A stretch of 64,000 bases of DNA from Eledone cirrhosa. Lineage: Eukaryota. The notes under the pieces were generated by a model. It ran no database searches. It saw only the letters and a list, made by a program, of their open reading frames with translations, and was not told the origin of the DNA. The stretch spans positions 88,226,001-88,290,000 of the forward strand of contig OZ024747.1 in assembly GCA_964016885.1 (NCBI GenBank), in the 5' to 3' direction. Positions 34,320 through 49,655 of this stretch are shown in pieces. A program made the position numbers and the translations under genes. Within the stretch, counting starts at the first letter, position 1; each line of letters starts with the position of its first letter.

Positions 34320-36412
34320 GTAGAAATTTGTAGAAGAAAGATCAAGGAAAACAGTACTCGATCTGTTGGAAGAGAGTTTAATTAGTGTAATCGGAATTTC
34401 ATAGACTTAACATGTATGTGCTACCAATGGTTTTGGGGTCCAGTTCTGGCCACCACTGTATAATGGAGGATACTCTTTTAAACAGGCCATTCATACAGAG
34501 ATGTGGACAAAAATATGAAAAAGGGAAGTTGATGTCTTTAGGCTAAATCTCACTCCTAATAGTAGAGAGTTATATTCGATGTAGGGGAGGTAATTCGTAT
34601 TTGTATAGGAATTTGTCAATTTTTGTGGAAAAAAGGAGTTAACTCCTGGTATTCCAGGTAGAAAAATGTATGCAAACACACGAACAAGGGATGAACAATT
34701 TAAACGTATGATAGACATGCATTTTCATGCATATGTGTGCTTACACATGTTTAAATTGGACACAATGGTAGCCATACATGCTTACATATAAATTTAGGCA
34801 CAAAATCATGCACAGGCTCATACATGTACACATACATATCTATATACACACATATACATATATATGCATGTTCACTCCACATTTGTGCTTTTATTGGGGC
34901 TTCACCAATTTTTAGGATCTGAGATGTAGGATTCAGTGTGATGTGATCTTGCTGTCTCGTTCATCAATTCGCCATCTGTGTATGTGTGTGGTGCACTCGT
35001 TGGGGGTTGCTAGAGGTAGGTAATGTCATGGTGGATTCAGAGGTCCGATGAGATGGTGTCTTGCAGCACGGGCTTCCAGTTAGATAAAAATTGGGTCCTT
35101 TGACGCAAGCATGCCCTAAAGATTTCTGTTTTAGAATTTAAGTACACATCTGGTGAATATAAACCCTGTAAGATCCTAAATTTCTCACTCAGGTAGAATG
35201 AGCATTTATTGCTTCCATTTTTATATGGTGTTGAGTTTTCAAGCACTTTCCATGCTATGTCATAGGGTATTCCCTTTTCTTTTAGCTGCCAGACCCTTTT
35301 TGCCATTGATGTGGTGGTTTTCACTCAGGGGTGACTAAATGAGGAAAGGTGCAGGTAGAACCTTTGTTTATAATGATCATGGACCATACCTACATATTTT
35401 TCATGGGTTTCTGGCTTGTTGGTTTTGTGTGCTTGATCTCTGCTTCGTAAATTATGGATTTAATGTTGCAGTTTTGCTGTAATGGACAGTCATCTTCCTT
35501 CCTGAAAGGGCATCCTGGGTGTTAAGCGGTTAGCTCTTTACAAGTATTTTCGATTTCATGAATGGGGCGCAAGAATAATAAATTATCACTGAACATTGAT
35601 TGAAGATCTTACTATATCTGTGTTGACGTGCAAAGTGTTTATCTATAAGGTCTAAAAATCTCTTACCTATATTAGGTTTTACATTTAGTGAAAAAGGAGG
35701 TGCGAACCAGATTATTTTTCTCTTTCTTCTTCTATTGTTGTTTCTAGTTGTGTGGATATTAGGAATGTATTTGATCTGTTCTTTAAATCCACTATCTTGG
35801 AGAGCCTTGTTGTAGTACAGTGCTCCTTTTTTCAAATATCTCTCTGGTGGATGATGTTGAGTACTAGATTTTTAAAAGCCATGGGTGGGTGGCGTGATGC
35901 TCTGTTGATGTATTTCAGTCTCTCAATTGGTTTGTGATATGGTTTATATATGTCTGTTAGTAGGTCTAGGTTGACGTTGACAAAGTTTGCATTACTGATG
36001 TTTATGTCAACTGTGATTTTAAGGCTTAGGTCACAAAAAGTATTTATCAAGTCTTTACAGAACTTGTCCATGTCATGCCCGTTGTGGTCGTGGGTTAGGG
36101 AAAGACTGTCGTCTCAGTATAGACCAATGGTGTGGTCAGGAAATTTGGCCATAAGTGTATGGAGGACGTATAATCCTACAAGATTACATATATCCGTGCT
36201 ATTGTATGACCCCATCGAGACGTAGAATGAATCTTCTGGGTTGGAGCTTTTTACCCAAGCAATGCCGTTGTTGAATAAGAGCATCTTTTATGTGTGATAA
36301 ATCAGGTTTAGTTCCTGGTTACTGATCACTCCAAAGGTACACATGAAGTCTAAGGTGTTGTCTAGCAGTGGTTTGATGAGAGAAGGGTAAAAATCAGTTA
36401 TATCGAACTGTG
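34320..36412 (-). mobile_element. Penelope-like element A (RT + GIY-YIG, tentatively Naiad-like), decayed, with 3' pLTR
   Basis: QFDITDFYPS at ~36380-36410, SMGSY..ICNLVG, YKPYHKP..YINRASRHPP, IIWFAPPFS, CPL..NC..SIIYEAEI, YVG, LNSKTEI. The pLTR at ~34320-34470 is homologous to 59830-60010 and 61200-61290. Confidence 0.85.
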
Positions 36413-36959
36413 AAGTGGTTGGTGCTGGGAAGAGCATTCAGCCATGGAAGGCTTTCCAAACAAAGGGTTGTGAGGACCTTCAGTTTTGTTGAAGACATGA
36501 CAACCTCTCCTGTGCACTCAGGGGAACGTGAAATACAGATCGCTGGCCTGCCTAGGAGATCAGTGGCTCCACTTCAGTACTGATTTGGTCTGCGTGGACC
36601 CATCCAACCCATGCTAGCAGGAAAAGTGGACGTTAAAACGATGTGATAATGATAATAATGTTAATATATATGTATGTACTTATGTATGTATGTGATGGGA
36701 TTTTGTAGTTTCATTTACCCAATTCCATTCACAAAACATTGGTCGAGTTGAGGCTATAATAGAAGACACTTGCCCAAGGTGCAACACAGTGGCACTGAAC
36801 CCAGAACCATGTAGTTGCAAAGGGAACTCCTTATCCACATGCCTACATAAGTATATCTGTCTGACTTTCTCACTCTACCTATCTATCTGTATATATATAT
36901 AGGAAAAGAGTCAGGACCACGACGGCTGGTTCACCTGGTTCCTTACCACACTTTCTTTG

Positions 36960-37010
<51 letters not shown>

Positions 37011-37378
37011 TATATACATATATATATATCATGTTTCATACAAAAGAAATCATCAGAAAAGTCAACTGTTCTTGTAAGACTGTTGTATTTATATTTATGT
37101 AAATAGTTCTCCTCTGTAGAAGCCATTTCTATATTAAACAATATTTACACTCTACTAATGTATTGAGTACCTTACTAACTGGAGTAACTCCCGATTGGAC
37201 CTGGGAATCAAATATATATATATATAATGCGTTAGTGAAATATATATAACAAAATAAATAATGATGCTATAGTGTTACATATTCTGTTTATTACATCATC
37301 CACCAGTGAGATTCGGCAGTGTGACTGGTATTTATGTCGTGGGTGAAGAAAATCCCTCCAGTCATTTACATATATGTG

Positions 37379-37471
37379 TTTGTGCATAGGACAATAAAAA
37401 AACAGAGGTCAGGCATAGGCAACTATCTACCTATGCCTGACTTCTGTTTTTTGATTGTTCTATACACAAAA
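37379..37471. repeat. ~41-bp imperfect hairpin
   Basis: tttgtgcataggacaat...gtcaggcatagg-[10 nt]-cctatgcctgac...attgttctatacacaaa. Confidence 0.8.
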
Positions 37472-37556
37472 CTATGTGTGTGTGCATGTGTATATATATA
37501 TGTGTGTGTGTGCATGTGTATGTATGTATATGTATGTATATATATTTATATGTATA

Positions 37557-37633
<77 letters not shown>

Positions 37634-37634
37634 G

Positions 37635-37665
<31 letters not shown>

Positions 37666-37688
37666 ATATATATATATATGTATGTATA

Positions 37689-37747
<59 letters not shown>

Positions 37748-37754
37748 GTATGTA

Positions 37755-37785
<31 letters not shown>

Positions 37786-37880
37786 GTATGTATATATATA
37801 TATATAGCGATTCTTTGCTTAAACTTTAATCTGTTATTTTAATAAATATATATATATATATATATATGTATGTATATATG

Positions 37881-37914
<34 letters not shown>

Positions 37915-37924
37915 TATGTATTAG

Positions 37925-40189
37925 TAAAAGGAAAAGAAAATGCTGAGAAATTGTTCCCAGTGAAAAATAGTTTAATTAGGAATAAGTAAAAATTAGTGAT
38001 AAGTATTGGTTAGTATTCAGTTTTAGTTTTAAGTTTTTACCGGTTGCGCATTTCTAATGCTTTTCAAAAATAATTTTGAGATAGAGCGCCCGTGATGTTT
38101 GCTCTAATCTGATCAGTTTGGGAAATTCTACCTGTTTTATGTGAAAAAAGTGGCTCCAGAGGTATTAAGATTTGGTTGGTTGTTGAATGTCACGTGAATG
38201 AGTACTATAAGTTTCGCGCCAATTCATGTTGCTAAAATTCTTGTAGTCAAAACAATTTTGATTGGTCAGTAGAGGTCACGTGAATGTTAAAAATTGATTT
38301 TGCGCCAAATGTAGGTTTGTCGAAGAGTGTCCTTTTTCGCCCGATTGAGAAGTCACTGAAAAATAAGTCTTTTAAGACAAATATGTGTGTGTGTGTGTGT
38401 GTGTGTAGTAAAGAGGTTCATTGTTGTGATAATAGTCAGTAGGGATGTGTGTGTGAATTGCAGTCATGTTGAAAGGTCAACAGTTCAGGTGCCTATTAAG
38501 ACAAATATGTGTGTGGGTGGACCAGTATTTTTGTGATACTGGTAAAAATGGTGTACATTATTCGATATTTTCAGCAAAAACGATTCTCTCAAGAGAACAT
38601 CAAAAACATGAATAATAAAAGGGGTGAAATGATATATAGTATTGTCATAACACCAAGGTGTGTGTGAGTGTCCAGATTGCACGTACTGCAAGGGGATTCC
38701 ATTAGGCCCTGCCATATGGGAATACTTGTGTACAAATATGTATGTGCCCATCAGTGTGCAATGCATGTGTGCGTATATGTATGTGTGTGTGTCGGCACGT
38801 TTATATCTATAGACATCAAAAGGTATGCAAATTTGTGTATATTTGTGTTGCACCATAGAACATGTGTGTTTATGTATGTCATTGTGTTTATATGTGGATA
38901 GAGATGTATGTAGGATGTATGCTGGTGTACGTATGTATGTTGACGTGTGTATGTTGTGGGTTCGTCTTAGGGAGAAGTATTAAGACGGGGTCCGTATTTG
39001 TTAATAAAGTGAGATTCCTTGCTGATGCGCTGGGTGTGGGTGGCATTATCTTTAAATTTGTAGAGGGGAAAGATTCTAAAGTTGGGATGATTTTGGGCGG
39101 CACAGGTATCATGTGTTCACTCAGTGGTATTTTCCTGTATTCCCGTATTTTAATTTGGGATCTATGGACAGTCATGCGTTGGCGGAGGCTGTATTTGGTC
39201 TGGTCTATGTATTGTTCTCAACAACCTGAGCAAGTTAATACATATATTAGATTTTCTGATGCGCATGTGAAATTGTGTTTTACTATAAAACGTTGTTCTT
39301 CTTTGAAATAGAATTCCGAACCCTCTATTAGGTTGATGCATATGCTATTGCATTTTTTTACTGTGGGTTTCTTTGTTGTGGTTGGCAGTACTTTGGCATG
39401 TGTTAGGATGTTTTTCATTGACTTAGATTGTCTTTTGCTCTTTATGATATCATGTGTTCGAAGGATTTGGTTCATTCTATGGTCCTTTTTTAACACAGGG
39501 ATGTTCTGGAGGATGGTGTCAAAGGCCTCATTGTTGAGGGGGTTGTGTGTGGAGATGTATGGAAGAGCTTTTAGTTTCGGTTGATTTACTTTAGGGTGTC
39601 TAAGGTCCTGGGTACTGAGTTTTAGGGCACGTTGGATTCCATTGTCAATTAGTGATGCAGGGTAGGCCCTGCCTATGAGTGTGTCCTTTAGTTCTTGTAG
39701 CCGTAAGTAACAGGTGTTTTTATTGGAGACTATAGTACAGATTCTCTTGGCTAAGTTGTAGGGAATATTAATTTGAACGTGTCTAGGGTGGCAAGAGTTG
39801 AAAGGAAGATATTGCTTGGAGTCTGTGGGCTTGTAGTATATGTCTGTTTCTATTTTTTTGTTATGAATCTTAATGAGGATGTCGAGGAAGGGGAGTTGTT
39901 GATGGCTGTATTCCATCGTAAAGTTAATATTCGTGTTGAGCCCATTTATAAGGGTGTGAAATTCTTTAAGTTTCTCGATGTTTTTGTGCCAAAGGATGAA
40001 GCAGTCATCTAGATATCGCTTCCAGTTCTTTTCTATGTGTAAGTGGAGAATGTTTCCAAATTTGTTTAGTACTTTAGTGTAGAGGGTGATTTCCAGGTAT
40101 CCCATGACTAGGTTGGCATAAGTGGGGGCTGTTTTCGTTCCCATAGCGGTCCCAGATTTCTGCCTGTAGGATAAGTAATTGTTCTCCAC
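37925..40189 (-). mobile_element. Penelope-like element B (Neptune-like), 5'-truncated
   Basis: ORF 39218..40189 has GTAMGTKTAPTYANL, WKRYLDDCF, LPFLDI, YYKPTD..SCHP and NLIYVLTCSGC. After a stop it continues QYIDQT..RQRMTVHR (GIY-YIG). A decayed HHR lies at 38032-38072 in the 3' terminal region. Confidence 0.9.
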
Positions 40190-40340
40190 ATATGTATATA
40201 TATATGCACATATGTATATATATATATATATATGTGTGAATGAAGTAATTCCATCGGAAAAGTCCAGGAAAAAAGAGTGCTCTATGTATGCAACAGAGCT
40301 TAATTATTATTATTATGTAATAAACAACATAAGGCAATTA

Positions 40341-40400
40341 TTCCATTTACCAGTGGTTTCTTAAAAGCAAAAGGTTTTGCTTTCAATCCTCAGAATGAAA
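40341..40400 (-). ncRNA. Type I hammerhead ribozyme
   Basis: tttcatt-CTGAGGA-ttgaaagcaaa acct tttgcttttaa-GAAA-cc act gg-TA-aatggaa. 7-bp helix I, 11-bp helix II, GUA triplet. Confidence 0.85.
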
Positions 40401-40403
40401 AAC

Positions 40404-40835
<432 letters not shown>

Positions 40836-40840
40836 ATATA

Positions 40841-40962
<122 letters not shown>

Positions 40963-40965
40963 CAC

Positions 40966-41384
<419 letters not shown>

Positions 41385-41429
41385 TATATATATATATACA
41401 CATATATATATATATATACACATATATAT

Positions 41430-44060
41430 AAAATATGTAGTTTAGAATGCCACAACAATGCAGATGGGAAATCTCGAGGTAGGAAGTGAGTAAGAAATAG
41501 GAGAAAAGTGAAAAATGAGAGAAACGAAAACAAAACAAAGGTAGAAGGATTACCGTAGTGGAGATTTAATCCCAATATTTCGGGCTCACGCCCATCAACG
41601 GGGGGAAAGTTCCAAAAGGGGGGGGAACGGCTAAGCCGGAGAAAGTTGTTGTATTGTCGTTAAAACATAGGAATGCCGTTATGGGGAAAATTCAAAAGAG
41701 GGAAAGAATGCGCGTGCACGTGATAGGCTGTGGCAAAAGTTACTGACCAATTGGGTTAGATCAATAGGGTGCGCTAGCGCGTGAAAGCCGTAAAATATGT
41801 GTGTGTAAATATATATGTGTGTGTAACTGTGTGTGTATATGTGTATGTGAGTGTGTGTGTGTGAAAGATAGTGGGCCGTAGAAGCTGGAATTCAAAGGGT
41901 GTGAAAGGTGGTAGGTTGTATAAACATGTGTGCGTGTATAAATATAGATGTGTGTGTGTATGTGTATGGGTGTACATATAAGTGCGTGTGTGTGAAAGGT
42001 AGTAAGCCGTATGTGTATGGGTATACATATAAGTGCGTGTGTGTGAAAGATAGTAAGCCGTAGGGGCTGTTACTGGTCACTATGGTTAGATTAGCCATGT
42101 CAGTTCATTTCTTTCAGCCCGGTTGTTAAGTGGGGGTCTGAGGTTCTTAATAACAAGTGCTTCCTTTATCCTTAAGGATCCGATGCTGCGTTCAGTCGCT
42201 AGGACTGTGACCAAGGGTCTGCCCTGTGGGTTTCCGCATTTAAGGATGTGTTTACGGAAGGAAGATGCATTGGTGTTGACATGTTCCTTGATACGAACAT
42301 GTAGGGGTCGGATGGTGCTACCTATGTAAAACTTGTTACATTTATCGCATTGAATCTTATATACGACATAGGTGCGTAGGCAATCTGCCCCCCGTATCGG
42401 GCAGTTGCTGAGGGAACACGTCCCATCTGACTCGTCGGGTTTGGTGGAGAGGCATCTTCAGAGCGAAGGTCCTGTGTGGGCCAAATGTATATCAAGTCCC
42501 TCCCTCCGTATGGCCCTGCGGATGGCGTTCGTGGTATATTCACTCAGGTGAGGGATTTTAAAGAAGCACTTGTATTTATCTAAGTTTCTAGTGGGTGTCT
42601 GTCTATTGGGTCTGGGGTCTCTAATTCCGTTAATCAGTCGCTTGGAATATCCATTAGACTTGAGTAGATTACGGAATTGCGTGGTATGGGTGAGACCACC
42701 CATCGGGTCGCTGCATCTATTAGTGATCCGTATAAGTTCATTTAGGACATAGCCTCTCTTAGCGTTGTTGGGGAGGGCTGAGTTGTAATGCACAAATAAG
42801 TCCTTGCACGCTGCCTTGTGGTAGAAGGTGGTGTTTATGTCTCCTTCTTCTGAGATGTTGATACAGAAGTCGAGGAGGGCGAGTGACCCGTCTTCATCAG
42901 GGTGTTCGATGGTGAAATCAACGTGATGGTCAGTGTCGTTAAAGATTTGGTGAATTTCATTCGCCATCTCCCAGGAAGAAGTGAGTATCAGTATGTCATC
43001 AACGTATTTGGAGTAGAAGGTGACGGCGTTGGGTTGGCAGGTTTTGAGTGCCTTGCATTCCAGGTGGTCCATGTACGAGATCGCAAGTATGCCGGACAGA
43101 CTAGAGCCCATAGGTAGCCCAGAGATCTGTTTGTACGTGTGGCCGAGGAAATTAAAGAATGCATTATCCACAATGAAGGAGAGCAGTTGGTGGATGTCCG
43201 TGTGTGTGACTCCGAAGTAGTGTAAGTTAGATGATCGGACTCGTTCGGTTAACAGGTCGACGGCTGGGGATGCTGGTACGGAGGTATAAAGGGCGACCAC
43301 ATCAAGACTGAAGGCATATCCGTTGTTCTTTCTGGTGTTGGGTGCCAAATGGTGTAGTCGCTCCAAGACCTCCTTTGAGCTGCAGACGTGGGCTGGTAGT
43401 GTGTGTAGAATGGGTTTCAGTAGTGTGGAGAGCAGCCACGATATTTTGTAAAGTGGGCCCTCCACGCTAGAGACAATGGACCTGATTTTCAAATCGGGTC
43501 CTTGTTTATGGGTTTTCACCAGGTGGTAGAAGGTGGGTAGTTTGCTGTTTCTAGTCGTTATGTTATTTTTTACCTTCTTTGGCAGTTGTCGTTGGACACA
43601 GATGTTAGTCCATATGGTGTTAATGCTTTCCTTGATTAGAGTCGAGGAGGTCCCTGTGACTTTCAAGTAGAGGCTGTCGTCATTAAGATGTTGGAGAGCT
43701 AAGTTGTTGTAGGTCTCTCTCGAGATGACACAGAATTCTTTCCCCTTGTCTGAGGGAAGGTAAACAAGGTTCATGGATCTTAGGTTGGTGAGAGTGTTAA
43801 ATTGTGCATTGGTGAGGTTGCGTTTATTGTGTGTGTGTGTTGGGAAAGGATGTTAGAGATAGAATGTTTCAACCTGAGTAGTTTAGTGTCAAGTTCGTGG
43901 TTGGTGGGTGGGGGTGGAGTGGGTTGTCGAGGAGTGTGGGGTGGGTTGTGGGGTTGTAATCGATCTCGGTGTTGTTTTGGATGGCGGTTAGCCATTTTAG
44001 TTGATACGCTGTCCGACAGAAGTTGGTTTCAATGTCGAGTTTCAGTCTATCATCGAGACA
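41430..44060 (-). mobile_element. Penelope-like element C (RT + GIY-YIG), largely complete ORF with a few disruptions
   Basis: ORF 42458..43774 has PSDKG, PTFYHLVKTHK, SLDVVALYTSVP, GLPMGSSLSG and YVDDI. Downstream frames give VVY..CDKC..FYIGST.RPLHVRIKEH. The 3' region carries an HHR-like motif at 41571-41605. Confidence 0.9.
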
Positions 44061-44093
44061 CATATATATATATATATATACACACATATATAT

Positions 44094-44128
<35 letters not shown>

Positions 44129-44159
44129 GATATATATATATATATATATATCTACACAC

Positions 44160-44217
<58 letters not shown>

Positions 44218-44316
44218 GTGTGTGTGTGTATATATATATATGTATATGTGTGTGTGTGTGTATATATATATGTATATATGTGTGTGTGTGTGTATATATA
44301 TATATGTGTGTGTGTG

Positions 44317-44347
<31 letters not shown>

Positions 44348-44421
44348 ATATATATATGTATATATATATATGTGTATATATATATGTATATATATATATG
44401 TGTGTGTGTATATATATATAT

Positions 44422-44903
<482 letters not shown>

Positions 44904-44940
44904 TATATATATATATATACACACATATATATATATATAT

Positions 44941-45013
<73 letters not shown>

Positions 45014-45089
45014 TATATGTGTGTATGTGTATATATATATATGTGTGTGTATATATATATATATATATATGTGTGTATGTGTATATATA

Positions 45090-45152
<63 letters not shown>

Positions 45153-45242
45153 ATGTATATGTATATATATATATATATATACACACATATATATATTTAT
45201 ACATATACACACACATATATATATATATATACACACAGGCAT

Positions 45243-45290
45243 ATGCAAGCGTGGAACACGGACGTTAAACGTTGATGATGATGATGATGA
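45243..45290 (+). mobile_element. Extreme 3' end of RTE family 1
   Basis: ATGCAAGCGTGGAACACGGACGTTAAACGTT(GAT)n, identical to 17792-17843. Confidence 0.8.
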
Positions 45291-46129
45291 CACAGGCATA
45301 TATTTCATTTGACATCTGCTGTAAAACATTGGGTAGTGTACTAGTATTAATAAACAATTTTTAAAAAAAGAATCCGACATGAAATCTTGCATAGAGTAAC
45401 TTAGTACATTCACATACATAGCAGGTGAAATTATTCTGAACAGGTATCAGAATTAGGCCGTGGACTCAATTTACTTACTAGTTATAGTCTCACCACACCT
45501 CTGACATGAACATGAAACTAAATATAATACAGGTAACATAACATTTGCTTGTTACTTCAATTGATTTTTAAACCCATAATTACATTGTTTTCTTGTAAAG
45601 TAAGAATGACTGTTGAGAGTTGATGAATGTTCTGGATTAGTGAGCCTTAACTCATGAGTTCAAACTAACTTTGATCCAGATGTTTTACTATGTTTGAGAC
45701 CCTTTAGGCCAGTCATATTACTCTGCTTGCTTCAATCAACCTTAGCTGAAAATAGCTATCTACTCATACTGTCTTGACAAATAACATTCTTTTGTAAAAG
45801 TACTTTTTCAACAGTAATTGGTATGTAAATACAAGCACTATACTCTATATATATATACACACACACATACGTACAGATTTATTTGCTCCCCCCCCTCTCT
45901 CTCTCTTTATATATATATATATATATATATATACATCTCTTTGTAAAATGAATGGAAGATTTGATTTTAAATCCTTAACTTTCTCATTATATTCACTACT
46001 ATTACTACTACTACTACTATGAATAACAGTAATAATTCCCATAATGCTACTTACTTCCTTGCAAGAGGAAGAAGTAAATCTAGAATTATAAAATGATCAA
46101 TTTTAATAACATTAAAATTAACTGTTTAA

Positions 46130-46322
46130 CCCTTGAGCATTTACATTACTCTATATATATTATTGTATTTTTGTGGTAAAAGCTTTATCTTACATAATAT
46201 CTAATCTACGAGATTTTGAGAACAATACTTTAATATTAGTAAGAGCGGCCATTTACAGCGAGTTTGAATAGGAAGAGGTGAGAGAATTCTGGCTGGATAC
46301 AACTGGTTTAAATGCTAAAAGG
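46130..46322. mobile_element. piggyBac-like MITE with TTAA TSD
   Basis: TTAA-CCCTTGAGCATTTA ... TAAATGCTAAAAGG-TTAA. Confidence 0.72.
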
Positions 46323-47058
46323 TTAAACATATTTTGGACTGTTTCTATAAAAAAATATTTAGAAAACTTAAGATCTAATTCAATAAAAAATTATTATATA
46401 TATTCATTCAATATTAATTTTAATTTATTGTAATAAACAAACAAATTATATAAATTAATTTCTCATTACTTCATGAAACAATTTAGGCTGCTGTTTTGAT
46501 ATTTTATGAAAATGTTAAAATGTTCTATCAGAATCCAATTATTTCAATTACTATTTAATTAACAAAGTTTTTACTTGTAATTCACAATAGAACTATGTTC
46601 AACACTTTGAGGTTTATTTAAGTCTATATTGTTATGGTCTACTCTAGATTTTCTTTCTTTTTTTTTCTGATTCATTTTCTTGGTATACTTCTATCATTTC
46701 CAACAATTCTGTGTTCTATGCTGGTTGTTATGTGGCTTATTGGTCTGGAGTTGAATTGGTTTGGCTTGAAAAACCAGTTTCTCTGTCAAAGGTCTGACAC
46801 TTACACTATACAACATTTTCTTTTCTCACTGGCATTTTTTCCTATACTGAATTACATTTAGTGATTTATCCAAAACAGACTGAACTGTTATATGAATGGA
46901 CTTTACTAGTAATACTTACTTGGTTGACAGATTCTTTAATTAGTAAGGAGCCTTTATTTCTATTCTTATCTGTTCTATGAAGCAGCACTGTGTCTTATGT
47001 AATAAGAAGTCAAATGCCAACTGCTAACTTTTTTTGTTGTTGTTTTTTTTTTGTTTAG

Positions 47059-47128
47059 GCCTCTGATGAACCTTCTAGTGAGATCTCTGATGAAGGCAAT
47101 GAAACTGATTACAACAGCAAAATTAGTA
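47059..47128 (+). CDS. OSBPL6: ORP exon e
   Basis: ASDEPSSEISDEGNETDYNSKIS. 70 bp, phase 0 to 1, fits exon f. Confidence 0.8.
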
Positions 47129-47687
47129 GTAAGTATGTTTAGATTCTTATCTATCTAGATGCTGATGATGATGATGAAGGAAATGATTCTAATCTTGTTT
47201 ACACATTTTATGGCCTGTTTAAATGGTTAAATAATATTCCAAACACATGCTTAAGAATCAGAAAGTTTGTTATTTCACTAAATACCTTCATATTTGTAAC
47301 GAAATACTCCTATATTTTACTTCCATTACATATTTTTTATTATTTTCAAAATGATTTGAAAATCATAAGTAGTGTTTCCTTTAGAAAAATGGTAAACCTT
47401 TCATCATAATTTTATGAAAAAACCATTGTTAGGTTCCAAATACTAAATAAATAATGAGAAGCTTAATTGTTTTTCTAAATCTCTCAAAATTTTTGATTAA
47501 TTTCAAAATTATTTGAAAATTATAGTCAGTGTCTTTCATTAGAAATATGGTAATGGAAGGGTTAACTTTCTCAGTGGAAAACTGGATTTATTTTATTATG
47601 ATGATGTGAGTAACAGTTGATCATGAAATATTTATCAATAGAAACTAGTTTTAATAACACTGATAGAAGAACTTTTTTTTATTTCAG

Positions 47688-47863
47688 TGTCTGAAGGAGA
47701 ATTGTCTCAGTCATTTCAGACAGGCCGACGTTCTAAGCTACCAGTTCCAAAACCTGATTCAGGTGATGTTAGTTTATGGAATCTTCTATGCAAAAATATT
47801 GGAAAGGATCTTACAAAGATTTCCATGCCTGTCACTTTAAATGAACCATTGAGTTCTTTACAA
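47688..47863 (+). CDS. OSBPL6: ORP exon f (start of ORD)
   Basis: [38 protein letters not shown]. Confidence 0.95.
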
Positions 47864-48689
47864 GTAAGTATTAATAATGGTTTCTAATTTAGGCACAAGG
47901 CCAGCAATCTTTTGGGGCTATTTTTCTATCACATAAGGCCCTTCTTCCCAAGGACCTCTACTTTTTGTAAATCTTTTCCCATACTAACAAGATACAATTA
48001 ATTGAAAATTTTATATTAACTATATTAATCACAAGTGCAGGTATGTCTATGTAGTTAAGCAATTCACTTTGAAGTTATATGTTTTTGGGTTCAATCTTAC
48101 TGTCCAGCACCTTATGCAGGTGTCTTATACTGAAGGGTTGGTAGATGGGAGCTGTGGGAAGTCATCACAGATCATTCTTGCTTTTGGGTGATAAACTTAA
48201 TTTTGTTACCTGATTTAACACCACCACCACCTTGCAGTTTAGTGCCTTAAGCAGAGTCCACTCTGTAGACCAGGTCTTCAGTATGAGGATAACTTTCTCC
48301 CTGCCTCAGACCAGTTCCAGAGCCCCTGAAAAGGGTCATTGAGGCTGCCTTTTCTCCTCTGAATAAGTCAGACCCCCCCCCCCCCCCCCCAGATTTGTGT
48401 GTATCCTTTAAGATATTATTAGTTTAAATACAAGTAAAGGTAGATATTTCAGACTGTACTTGTCTGAGAAGTAGTTTGTTTTTTGGACCATAACAAATGT
48501 TCTTACATAAAATGAAAATAGAATGTTTAAAAGACTGGGTATTGAAACTAAAGCAAGAACATGTAGAAAAATCATTCTAACCATTCAAAACCACATAAAA
48601 GCTGTTACCTTTACTCTACATTTATCATGTTTCTTGGTGTCAAGATTTTCATTGCACTCTATCAATAACCAAGTCACAAACAGTGCCAC

Positions 48690-48925
48690 GGTAGATGCTT
48701 GAAGGAGGGTATCTATTTGGTTGAACATCCCTGAATAGTTTCCAGTAAGTCAATATTCTGAACAAGATAGGGGTTCCAGACTGGTGATACAAATTCTAAG
48801 TGTGGACGCACCATAGCTATATTCAGCTTTAAATAGATAACTGGAGAGAGGCTGACAAAGATCTTACTGGGTGATGCTAAGATACCCTCAGCCTTCTTCA
48901 CAATTTTAGAATGTTGATCTTTATC
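48690..48925 (-). mobile_element. CR1/L2-type LINE fragment (post-RT region)
   Basis: MVRPHLEFVSPVWNPYLVQNIDLLETIQ. Confidence 0.75.
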
Positions 48926-49580
48926 TACTCATGACAATTAACCAATAGGGAACCTTTGGTTTTGTCATATGTATACTTAACCCCTTCGATAGCAAACCAG
49001 CCACCCCTAGTTCTACGATATAAAACTGTTTATCTTAAACCTTCCATTGTCATTTTGTATAAGAACTTTCGTTATGGTCAAAAAGAACAACCTTATAATT
49101 AAAAAGTTAGTTATATTACTAAAACCTTCCAGAATCTTAGATTGTTATCAAAATTATTTAAAAGTAATCAACAGTTTTCGAGATGAACTTTCTAGGTGCA
49201 AAACCATTGGTCTTTTGTGACCGAAGGGAGTCTTTACCCTTCATATGTATATATTATATATATATATATATAATACAAGGATGATTTGTTAAGCCTTCAT
49301 TACGTTTATTGATTGGTGACATGCATTTCTCTATTGATCAGCTCAAGGTTTGAACTGTATCGATCTGGCCCGAATCTGGAATTGAGTGCTCACCCGGGTG
49401 AATCTACAGTAACTTCACGTCACACTCCCTGGATATATATATATATAGTGAGCTATAATGATAATTTATAGTTTGACAAATAATCTGATGTTTTCATTGT
49501 CCAACCTTATATATCTGACTGTGTTGTGTTTCCTTTATTATGGTAGTGAAAGAGTTAATGTTTATTTATGTTTTTTTCAG

Positions 49581-49655
49581 CGATTGTGTGAAGAATTAGA
49601 ATATAGTGAGTTGTTGGATAAGGCATCTGAATTTGATGATCCGTTAGAACGAATG
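49581..49655 (+). CDS. OSBPL6: ORP exon g
   Basis: RLCEELEYSELLDKASEFDDPLERM. Confidence 0.95.
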
